NCBI GenBank assembly: GCA_012295275.1
Contig: CM022676.1
Coordinates: 14,384,001 to 14,448,000 of the forward strand
DNA length: 64,000 bases
Direction: 5' to 3'
Origin: Chrysomallon squamiferum
Lineage: Eukaryota; Animalia; Mollusca
Shown: positions 23,049-35,197 of the stretch, one piece after another
Position numbering within the stretch: the first letter of the stretch is position 1
Layout: every line of letters begins with the position of its first letter
Notes under the pieces: generated by a model
What the model saw: only the letters and a program-made list of their open reading frames with translations
Told to the model about the DNA's origin: nothing
Databases searched by the model: none
Position numbers and translations under genes: made by a program

Positions 23049-23889
23049 CAAACAAAACCCAGTAAAGCTATTGTTCCAGAGGCGATAATTAATTCCCCTT
23101 CAAAACCGAATTCACATCTTTTTGCAAATTTAAGCAGACCAAATCACCAACCATATAACAAGTTACATTTTACAGGCAGAAGATATAAAACATTCTTATG
23201 TCAGAAACTGATATGATAATATTTATGTATATTCGTACCTAACTAAACTCTTACATAGACATAATATAAACACAAATGCAGTTTATCCATGATTTGACGT
23301 ATGATCTTTTTATTTTTTTATTTTATTAATTTAACTTGTAGAAGAGTTAATACATACATAACTCAGTTGTTCATTTTGTATTTTTAATACTTAAGTTACT
23401 ATTACTACTACTTTTTATTATTAATGATAATATTAATACAGTTTATTATTACCACTACTATAATTATTGCTACTATTAAATGAAAATAAGTACCATTATT
23501 AATATTATTATATATTTCAACCACTTTTACCATTAAAAATACTGTAACTATTAATATTACTACTACCACTATTTTAATTATTCTACTTGTCAAATGTCAC
23601 CATTATTCATATTGTTTTTATATGTTGTTCGTTCCTGTTTACTATTTATAGATTTACTTTTTACAGTTTTATTGCAACATATTGCAAAATTTTTTTTGTG
23701 ACGATTCTGTTTTTATTTTATCATCATCATTATAAAATTATTATCATCAGCAAAATAATTTTTATCATTATTTTTATTTTATCATCTATTATCATTATTA
23801 TTATTATTATTAGAAGTAGAAGTAGTAGTAGTAGTAGTTGTTGTTGGTGATGGTGGTGGATGTGGTATTGTCCTCGTTGCTGTTGTATA

Positions 23890-24260
23890 TAAAGTTTTTC
23901 AGTTTTTGTTTTCACTATTTAACCTGTCTTCAAAAACAATCTAATTTTCCCCAGTACGGCTGCCAATTAAAAGAGGAAGATTTTATTGATGTAGACTGAG
24001 ATAGTTTGTGTAATCAAACTGACTGAATGTTATTTGTCTGAGGGAAGATAACAGAGAAAGACAAAGACAAAATGGAGGAATAAAGAAAATTAAATCATAT
24101 TGTTTTTATGTTATGGTAATTTTAGAAACCAAGTTAATAAGAAACTTCCAGAAGGAATTCATTAATAATGTACACTTAGATGAATGAATAATCATATCAA
24201 TAATTAATAAATGAATGTGTGAATAAATAATAACTAAAACTCAATCTGAAGAAATTAATA
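23890..24260 (+). pseudogene. Vestige of another copy of the 5-Ig receptor: start of exon 2 fused to 3' flank
   Basis: AACCTGTCTTC...AATCTAATTTTCCCCAGTACGGCTGCCAATT resembles 4621-4670; the following GTGTAATCAAACTGACTGAATGTTA... resembles 14056-14310. Confidence 0.7.
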
Positions 24261-25835
24261 TATATGGATGGAACCTCGTTAGTGCCTCTTTGCCAGACTT
24301 GTTTTTAGGTGTAATTTTATTTTCTGTGTAGTGAATTATATAATATTCACAAAATCCTTATTTTTATATGCCCATTTAAGACAGAATGTCTGCCATTGAC
24401 TGATCTAGTGAATATGAAGGGGAACATGGTTACAGACATATATTTATTAAATAGTATAACAAATAATATATAAAAATCCTAATGAAACAGTATTCAGTAT
24501 TTAAACTTAGTGTGTGAATAAAGAATTATTAAACTGTTTCTACATTCTGATGTCAATTTTCATGAAATTTTTGTCACTGAATTGTTGTTAAGACTTAGGT
24601 ACTTTTGTTAGTTGTAATTGATTCCTTACTTTATTTATCTGCTGTAATTTATACATGAGCTATATTCATATTCAAACATGGAATCAATCAGGGGCAGGCA
24701 GACACCAGCCCACCAAACTGTTCACAATTAACAAGACAGCAAAACTGTTCAGATTTGAGAATGTTCTATAAATTTATTAATATTTCCATAAATTCTTTGT
24801 ACATATTTTGATAAACTGTTTTTCCTTTATATTTTCTAGAAAATATTTATTACAGAAATTGTTTCCGGCATTTGGAAAAAAATCTTAAGAGCTTATTTAT
24901 AAATCATTTAATTTACAGCAGTTTCTTTGAATTTACAACACTATTGTATATAAAACAAACCTAATAATGTTCTTTCAGTCTTTGTTGAAAGTACTTATTA
25001 ATTGTTCAAGCTCTTCACAAAGTGAATAAAATATGCAACTGTTTGTAACTGTCTGCCTCTTTGTGTGTATGGGTTTATGCATAAGGTTCATTAATGTGTA
25101 TGAAAAATTGGCATCTGATTTTGAATTTCAGCTATCATCTTGACTTGTGTTTCAAGATCTACTTCAGTTTGAATCGTTTTATGTATTAAAAAGACAGCTC
25201 CTTTGCAAATAAACGTGTTCTAAGAAATCTAGGACCTAAAAAAGATATTCAAAACACTGGATTTCTTATTTTACCTGAACGAACAGCTGTTTCCTGGACT
25301 GAACCCATAGATACATCTTGATATCTGTGAAACATAATAAGAAAAATATACTGGTATCTCATTCAGGTATATTTGGTTTTAGCAGCATTTCATTAACGAG
25401 ACAATCACATACTTTGCAGATACATTTATGTTAATGCAGTAATGTAGATATTTTATTGGAGGTTAATATATTTTCAGTCCTGATAAAATTTTACAGCAAA
25501 ATTTACTGTAAACGTAAATAATGATATGATATAGTTCTGCACTTTAGACATATTAGTGTCTATTTCAAACAAGGTCAGCAGGTAACATAGTAAAGTTTCT
25601 CAGTTTATAAAATAATGGCAATTCCCCTAATTATATAATACAGCTTCTAAATAGCCCATGTACTGCTCTGCTATTTAGTTTTTGTGTATCCACCCCCATT
25701 TTCTGACATTAATTAGGTAACATTTAAGAACTGCAACAATATAAATTATAAACATGATTGTACAAGATAGCTAAATAAATATTACCGTAAAATAATAATA
25801 TACTCAAGACATGAAAAATGTGTAAACAAAGTTAC

Positions 25836-26797
25836 CTGAAACAATGACACTGGCAGATCCTGACACTGAAGTGTTAAAAGAAGTTTTTGAAGTTGCTGAA
25901 CATGTGTACTCTCCTTGGTCTGACTGTTGAAATGAAAAGATTTGACACAGAGAACCATCAGTGAGATGTTTTGTACCAGTTCGCCATTCAAATACAACAC
26001 TGTCTGGATTACTGTCAGCTGTACAGCGTAGTATCACAAGTTCAACTCTGATGTGACTCTCTGATAAAATTCTCACTCTGGGTGCATCTACACACATTGA
26101 AATAAAAGTTTAAAAATATAAACTAAGAGGAAACAGAAAACAAAACATAGTTTAGAATGTAAAAAACTTGAATTATTCCACAGACAACTATAAACGTGAA
26201 GCTAGAATAACAGCTAATATATCCTGAGAAAGTATGTACAATTATCAAATGTACAGATGAATCAGTATGTACATGTTTCTGTTTAATATTTGTAGGGATG
26301 AGATCAGCATATCCAAAGGAAATATCAAATATTACTTCAACTATCTTTATAAATAATTTTAACATTATTTACTTACTTATTTAATTAATGTGAAAGTCAT
26401 AATGAACAACCAATAAATGAAATAAACAAACAATCAAACATACATTATAAATAAATAAATAAATAAATAAATACAAAAAAATTAAAACAAAATTTAGTTA
26501 ACAACTTACAATATACACTGATGTGAAGAGAATTGGATTCAGGTCTTTGTTGTCCAGTTCTGTCTGTGAATTCATTCCCAGCTGAACATTTGTAGCAGAC
26601 TCCATTGTCTTCCTTTGTAGGTGTCAGTGACAAGTTAAATCCTGTCTGTTGAATGTCAGATCCATTTCTAATCCAGTAAAACTGAGCTGCAGGATTTCCT
26701 TTACTGCTGTCAGGTAAAGAACAAATCAAAGAGCCTCCTGTGTTTTCTAGCCATTGCTGTTAAGGATCTGATGAAAGTGTTGGTTTGTTTGGAGGAT
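25836..26797 (-). pseudogene. Two Ig-domain exons of a decayed IgSF gene
   Basis: Exon 26797-26510 (PPNKPTLSSDP*QQW...LICSL...GNPAAQFYW...DNGVCYKC; in-frame TAA at 26760-26762) and exon 26087-25836 (APRV...LRCTADSNP...FEW...DQGEYTC); phase 1-1 GT-AG. No signal or TM exon found. Confidence 0.8.
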
Positions 26798-29339
26798 CTA
26801 TTTAATATATATATACACATATGTATGTATTAAGGGTCAAGTGGAAAGACTACAAACTTCTAATCTTTCTTTGAGTTTCCCATGGATCTTCTTAACCATG
26901 TTTGATGAAAAATTCAAACTGTGATATATCCTGAACCACTGGATAATAAATAAATATTGTGAACGTTAGCAGATATTGGCTGAACTGTATGCTTCTGACA
27001 ATATGTGGTAAAGGAAAGTTCAGTAAATATGTCAAGCCTATATTTTGTTGCAATTTCAACATTTTTTATCCAAAATAAAATATCAATAATCATCGACAAT
27101 TCATATATACAACGTATGCATTATGAAACTACTCTAAACCAAAAGTGTTTGTGTTTCCAGATTTTTGAAAACACCAAATTTTGAATATTGTTCTTAATGA
27201 TGAACCAGTATTTTGATATCCATTTTTGAAAACACCAAATTTTGAATATTGTTCTTAATGATGAACCAGTCACATTTTAGATTTAATACTTGAAGTACTG
27301 ATACAGAAGTTTACATATTCTAAGAGTTATTTGAATGAATAGTATACTACCAATTTACAAACATAACTTGAAAATCCATAACTTGTAAAATTATGTCTAA
27401 TGAGATCATTTATTATGTTTCGGAATATCACTGGATATGCAAAGGAGAACCATGACAACTAATTTCTGATTTTTTTTTAATTCATAGGCAAATTGAAATG
27501 ATTAATACAGTTAACAGACAGCATTTCACAAGGAAAGCCCAACCCTAAATCACTGTAAAATACATCTAATGGTACAGAAGTGAACTGATTTGCCAACAAG
27601 AAATTAAACCATTTCTTTTCTTCTGCAATACATCCTAGTATGTATTACATTTCAAATATCTTAAGTAAACCTAAATCATCAAAACAATCTGATCTTTATT
27701 GTATACACCAAAGAATGGTTAAAACATTAAAAGTCAATTAATATGCTCCTGATTTTATAAAAAATACAAACCTGAATAGTCAAAGAAAACAGATTTTAAT
27801 TCTAACTGCAGTTTGGATAATTCTATAGAATATTTAAATTTGATAAATAAATGGAGTCAGTGTCATATTACTGATTTCAGCTTAGTTTACTTACATGCCA
27901 GTTTTGGTGTAAAGATAATTTCTTTTGATGCAACAGTATTTTGTGTTTATTATTGTTGTTTTCTTTTTAAAGTCGTGACATAATATTAATTTAACAATTA
28001 AGTTTATTTTGCTAATAGCATTTACCTAAAACGTCAGTGGGAAATTTTATATTTGGTTTACGTGGCACCAAATACAATATTTCATTTTCTCAGTTAGTTC
28101 ATAAGAAACAGAAGTTTGATGATGTGAAAATATGACAGGGTGCAGTCACATTATGTACGATCTACCCAACACGAAATGATAACATTTTAAATCGGTGCTG
28201 GATCCAAAAAGGTTTCTGGCATAGGAGTCTACAAACATTTTTATTCATACTGAATTGTGTTATTTGAAATAATTGTTATACAAAATACAGCAGTAAGTAA
28301 TACTGTATGCTGGGCTTAGTCTCTTACTTTTCACTATACTATTGAACTATATAACGTGCAGCAGTCAGTGCTTGACGCTTTTCTGTCTAACATTTTAAAA
28401 AGCCTTCAGTTTGCAGTTATACTCATTTGACATTAAACTCATGGAAAAACACTTTAATAGTGGTGGGTAACATAGTTGGGGGAGTTGCTATATCTTCCAT
28501 ATAATCTCCACCAACCTCCTAACATAATTTCCAGTTATAATTTTAAATCAGTAATTACTTTTGTTAACATTTTGTATGCATAGATATATATGTGCATGCA
28601 TGTGCATACACTCACAACCAACACCATGACATACACAAACATAAAAAATACATTACATATATAAATTAAAACCCACACAAATACACCATACAGATTCCAC
28701 CCTTCCATCAGAAATGATGGAAGTACCGTTGTTAAACATTTGTACAATGAACGTTATTATATTATTATTATTAAGGTTGTTATAATGACAAAGCAGTATT
28801 TGTCAGTGTTTTATTTTTAGTTTAGTTTCTACTTCCTTGATTACTTTAGATAGTATTAGAAAAATGAAAAAAAAAAAAAAAAAATTGTTCTAAGTTCTGA
28901 GTTAAATTATTAAAACATTAAAAGATAAAAATGTTCAGGTAGCAGAAAAAACACAACTAAAAAATGTTAACTGACAAGAATCAGCTTTGTTTTGCATCAT
29001 CAGTATCATCAGATCTGATCTCAGTTTTCCACTACTCAAAACTAACCGACAAAAATGATGACTGATTTGACATATGTAGGACATTTTAATTGATATTTTT
29101 GTTTCAGATGACAATACATTTTTTTGAAATTTAATTTTCACTTAGCATTAACATTTGCCTTCTCATTTTAACAGGAATTTAGCTTCCAATCAACAAACTA
29201 AATTACAAGCCTTGGATGGCTTAACAAAATTATTTAACTGAGAAGTATCATTTAAAATTTATAATTTTAATCTATTTGCTAACTGAAAATAAGTTTAAAA
29301 GATTGATGTTCATCAGTCTCTGATCAAAAGTAACTGACA

Positions 29340-32300
29340 TTTTAAAGTTTCTGATTTTCTGTTGTGTCTGATTCTTTAGATTTTTCTTCTCTCTGGTTAT
29401 CATCATTTCCTTCTTCTGGATCCTCTCTCTTTTCCCTGCTCCTTTTTCGATTTCTTTTTCTTCAGCTTTTCAGTGTCTGTTATACTTTTTTCAAGTGGTG
29501 GCAGCCTGCATGGTGTTTTCATCACAAACAAAAGAAAGACAAAATAAAGTGTATCTATGTGTATTTGTTAGCATCTGTTTAATCTGTCTGTCTGTTTGTG
29601 TGTGTTTGGTGTGTTTGTGTGTCATGGTATATCTGTGTGTGTTTGGTGTGTCTGTGTGTCATGGTATATCTGTGTGTGTTTGGTATGTCTGTGTGTGTGT
29701 GTGTGTGTGTATGTTTCAATTATACATTTAGTCACACACACACTTACCCATCTGATTGTTGTCCTGCAAGATTCCATGAATCTGAAAAGTGAAAACTGAA
29801 AAGGATTAACAAAATTCTAATATTTAAAGTACTTTAAAATAAATTAAATTAAATAAAACTATTAAAATGAATTTAAACTTGAAAATGTTTCCAGGTTTCA
29901 CTGATTTAACTTATAAACATTTCTAAATTAAGTACGTTAGGTTTACAGGGCAGCTGTTTCCTCTTTTTAAATTTGTTTTTATGTAAACATATTTTTTGAA
30001 ACAAACAGATCAACTTACCTAGATATATTATAATTCAAAAAAATTAAAAAAGATAACAAAAACTTAACTATTAAAATACATATCACATATGTGAATTTTT
30101 AAGTCTAATTAAATTAGTTTAAGAAGTTTTGAAATGTGAATCACTAATACAAAGTAATCAAAGCAGATGTATAAATATGAAATTAATATTTGACTTATGC
30201 ATGATACAAATCAATAATTAAAAAAAGAAGCTCAATTTAAAATATAAAAACAAAAATCTACACCCATTCTCAAAACTTTGTCTCAAGATTAACACACACA
30301 TTTATATTAAAATAGCTTGAAAAGGATAAAAAAAAATCAAAAAGTATTAATATTCGTTTTATTTTGTATTTAAAAAATACATTTACTATTTCATATTTCA
30401 TCATCATCATAATAGTTCATTCTTTTTATTCATTTATTTGATTTTCTTGTCAAACTGAAGAAACTGCTTAAAGAAGATTTTGTTTCTTTTCGATTAACAT
30501 TATGTTGAACATGTAAAGTCTGCATCTAAAGCTTGGATCAGTGAGAACAACCTACCTCTCCATAACAGTACAACAATGACAACCACTGCTCCACACAGCA
30601 GAGACAAAGCACAGAAAGCTACCCCTACCACATAAGCATCACTTTTACACGAACTGCCTGAAATGAACACAATTACGAAATCAACACAATTGTGAAATCA
30701 ACACAATTATGAAATCAACACAATTATGAAATCAACACTATTATGCTGTTACACTGTTTAACTTAACTAGTATTATGTGATATTCAAATACATTATGTTA
30801 CACTTTAAATTAACAACAACTGTGATATTTAAATACAAATATGTTACACAGTTTAAATTAATTAAAACTTATATTCAAATACAACTGTTACACTGTTTAA
30901 ATTAATTAGAGCTGTGAGATTCAAATACATATATGTTACAGTCTTTAAATTAACTAGAACTGTGACATTTAAATACAAATTTGTTAAAGTTTAAATTAAC
31001 TAGAACTGTGATATTCAAACCAGAAACCATTCACTGTGAAATATTACTGTGGAACTGATAAGGACAGACATTCTAACATTTAGTTCAAACCTAATCTGCA
31101 GTATAGGTAAGGCAATATGTGTTTACTTACATGTACGTTCATTACTAAGACAGCCCACAGAAATCAGCCCAAGAACAATTTGTATGAAACCAAAACCACA
31201 AGAACAATCCATTGTTTTTAAAATTTTCTGAAACAGATATAAAATGTGTACACCACTAATATATCATTGTTTAGTTATTTCACTTCTACATTAAATAGTT
31301 TATCTCCAAAAGACTTGAAAAATAATAATAATAAATAAATAAATAATTAAATTTGATTAACTGATATTGTATTTTCAAGTAGTTTTAAAGGCAGCCAAAC
31401 CTATATTATGTAAGTTACATAAATTAAAAAAAAAATAAAAACTGTCTTAATGAAACTGTTTTGTAACCAGTCACTTGGCTTTATGAAATGTTTTTAAAAT
31501 TATACTTACTCAGGAGGCTCAGACACAGAATTAAGTTGACAACTGTAACAATCATCCAGACAGCCTGCGCCACACTCAGAACCACTGTACAGTCACATTC
31601 ACAGACTTCAGCTGAAAATAAAACATTAAAACATCTGCTATAAAATAAAAGTGTAGTTTAATTCTTGTTTGTACAGAACCGAACAAGGTTTTACATTTTC
31701 AACCAGTTCTGTAATCTGACAGACTGTGAACTAACTGATGTGCCTGACAGAGAGATTATCTGCAACAGAGATGCAGTTTTAGGTGGCGATAAAAAAGAAA
31801 ATTTGAAAACACAACATTAATCAATCTGACTGTATTTTCATGCAATGAAGAAGTTGAAATAAAAATCAAACAAATGGGCTGTGAATGTTTTGTATTTAGC
31901 TACCAACACCTTACATGCAAAACATACACAAAGTAAAACATATCTCACATCAGGAAACAAACTGAGCAATCTGAGTGAATGCTGCCTGCAGTATCTGGAA
32001 CAAATAAAAAGACTTTTTGTGTTATTTAACTGTGTAGTAATACTGCTTTAAACTGTGACAAATATCAACTTTACTCCATAAACAAGTCACACATCTAGAA
32101 TGAAAACTATTTGTGCAACAAAAGCTGATAAGAAAAATTTATAAAATATCTTAATATAGGATTTAAAATGAGCACCTGAGAAAAAACAAAATACATTCTT
32201 TACATCAAATAAGATTTTAAAAGTTCCACTATTTAAATTTCCAACAATTCTTTTACACTGCTGCTTGAAACATTACAAAAATCTTGGAACACTTTTGTAT

Positions 32301-33940
32301 AACTATTGTATAATGAAATGTGACTTTCGATGGCCAAATTGTGTCAAATAGATGTCCAAATGTTATCTGCATCCCTCATAGCAAGCCAGCTTAATTATTC
32401 TCAGATACACTTTGCAGTTAGTAATATTAACAAATATCAAAAATTACAATTTTAATATTTAATGTAATCACACAAAACATTTGATGCATGTCTATAATCA
32501 TAATAATAATTATTATTATGTTAATTTTTGTAGCTTTTTTGTTAAGAGGAATAAAATATGGGGTAAAATGTATAATATACCAAAACCAGTCAAAGCAGAC
32601 TTAATTAAGATAATTATTACATCTATTTATTTCATGATGTTTCAGTATCATTATCAAAGTCCAAAACTGAACTGAAGATTAATTTTAATTATATTCACCA
32701 TTATTATTCTATTTAATGTGATCCTTCTAATTACACGATTTCAGTTTTGACTCTGTTTTGTGTGAAACACAAAATGGAACAAAACATTGTCACAGAAAAA
32801 AATTCTAAATACAGTTTATTACTTAAATAATTACAAGCTTGTTAAAGGAAGGAGTGGAGTACACACATGTATATATGTATACAAACACTTACTGACTGAC
32901 TGTGTTGTTTCTGCTGTTGTAAATTCTATTACAATGCATTAAAACATTTAAAAATGAACACAATTTTTAAACTATAGGAAAACTATCAGTAAACAGGAAA
33001 ACAAGTAAAAACATAAATCTAAGAATGACATTTCAAAGTGATTTTGAGTAAACGTCTCAAAAAAAAAAAAAAAAAAAAAGGAAATAAAAAATAAAAGGTC
33101 TGGGCTTCATGCTTTGTTAAAATTAACTTTTGTATTTAACAGTGACATCATGTACATAGGAAACATTTTGTATAGTCATAAGTACACCAGCCATGATACA
33201 GAACTTTAAACAAAGGTCTGAGTAAAGACTTTTATTCAGCAAGATAAACTGTATGATCTTAATATTTTAAAACAGCCAGACACTTAGAAACAAGCAGCTA
33301 AATATGCCACAGCATTAATTATAAGTCTGAGACTGTAACCAATACAGGCATGCTTGAACACATGTATGCTGGGAAAGCATGGCTAAAAATTACCCACATC
33401 CAATGATTAGCAATACTGAATTGTATTATGGTAAATAAAGCTAATTTAAAAAGGAGATTTTGTAGTTAGTAACTTTAACAAATGTATTGAAGTATAAGTT
33501 TAATGTAATAACACATTTTTATTTTTTATTTTAGCTGTAAAGGAGGAGATGAGACACAACAGTATGTAAGACTCCAACCAAGTGACAGTTATTTAACTAA
33601 TCTATAAATACACATCATGTATTCATATACAATTACCTATTAATATAATAATATTAACACAGTTTTATACCTAAATAGTAAAATAATATAAAAAATTATG
33701 TAAATTTTCAAGCTGGACTTTATCAGAAAAATTATATTAATCACTAATACAAATATTATAATTATAATAATTATTTTTATTAAAATTAATATGTGATTTT
33801 ACAAAATAAGATTTCAGAGGGTTTTATTAAGAACAGTGGAAGGGGAACTGAGGTTACATGAATGATTAGCACAAGGTTAGGGCTAATAATGTGATTATGT
33901 TACTTACTGCTTGATGGTGTTGTTTCTGTTGTTGTCAATT
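29340..33940 (-). CDS. Exon chain: two 33-nt Ser/Thr microexons, three hydrophobic (TM-like) exons, charged tail; possibly an alternative 3' end of the 2-Ig gene, possibly decaying
   Basis: Exons 33940-33908 (LTTTETTPSS), 32925-32893 (FTTAETTQSV), 31611-31510 (EVCECDCTVVLSVAQAVWMIVTVVNLILCLSLL), 31227-31131 (ILKTMDCSCGFGFIQIVLGLISVGCLSNERT; 97 nt, one base off phase), 30657-30556 (SSCKSDAYVVGVAFCALSLLCGAVVVIVVLLWR), 29781-29748, and a Lys/Glu-rich segment at about 29505-29340. Confidence 0.6.
30661..31030. repeat. 17-bp repeat x5 followed by degenerate about 47-bp repeat x6
   Basis: AAATCAACACAATTATG array (30661-30745), then TGTTACACTGTTTAAATTAACTAGAACTGTGATATTCAAATAC-like units. Confidence 0.8.
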
Positions 33941-35197
33941 CTAATATAAATAAAATAAATAATTTGTATGAATTAAGCTTTAGTATGGTAAAAACAAGTG
34001 AAGTGGAGAAAATACATTTTAAAAAAGAAAAAGAAAAATATCCAATAAATAATATTGTTAATAATAATATTATTATTACTATAATATCAAAGGACTAAGA
34101 GATGCAAAAATGTAATCTGATTACTAGTAACAATAATATCTAATTTACAAACTATAATTTCAGATAATAAATCAGGAATATAATCATGTCAAATGTAAAC
34201 ATTCTGTTCCAGTTCATTAAAACATCCATACAGGACATTCCACAACAAAACACACAGGTCAACAATTGGTCATTTCTGGGTTCAAACCATACATATTCAA
34301 CATATGTATTGGTGAAACTTTACATATATAAAAACCAGGTATATAATAGTAATAGTGATGCTCTATGATCTGTTGAAGAAGAAAAGAAAGAATGAAAGAG
34401 AAAATAAATTTGTTTCAGTTTTCCACAATTTTAGTTAATATATTTTAATCTGTCATGGAAGTTCTTACTGCAAACATTATATTCAAAACTGTTAAAAAGA
34501 GTTTATAAAAGGTTTTACTATATAATAAAACAGCAAATTTGCATTTATCTCTGTGTGTGTGTGTGTGTGTGGTAATGAAAGACTGGCATTAAGCTGTAGC
34601 TTTATCTATGTTAATAAGCATATTACTCAGTGTGGAACTAAAACAGTCAACATAGTATAAACTTCTTTTTAAAGCTTTTTCTTTTGCTATATCAGAATTA
34701 GAAGATAGAAATAAAGCTATTCCTTGATTAGTTAAGCAGAATCCACAAACAATCGCTGGCTTCTAGAAATTATCTGAAATAATGAAGAACATAGCTAAGT
34801 GTACTGAGCTGAAGCAAATAAAAAGTCTGGAATTAAAAACAAATTAAATTTGAAACTGCTTCATTTGTTTATAATCTGATTTTCACATCAATACTAGTAA
34901 TATGTTTCCTCAAATTGTTTTTTTTCTGATGATCAACATCATTGTGATTCTGTCTGTCAGGATGTTGGTTGACTGTCGTACTGTCACTCATATAATCAGT
35001 TTTATTCAGTGAATCAGTGACTGACTGTTGACAATCTTCAGATCTTGTGTTCTTCACAGACATCTTTGTCGACTGGTTGATTTGCATTTGTATATTGCTT
35101 TTATGATCAAAGTAATCTTCAGACCTTTCATCATCTTCATCACTTCCTTGGTAACCAGACATACTGGGTGAAGATTCATTGACAGAATGTGAACTTT

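Noticed and set aside
25187-25324. Further small - strand exons after the orphan Ig pair
   Set aside because: 50-nt segment with ambiguous frame and a 39-nt intron; not supportable.
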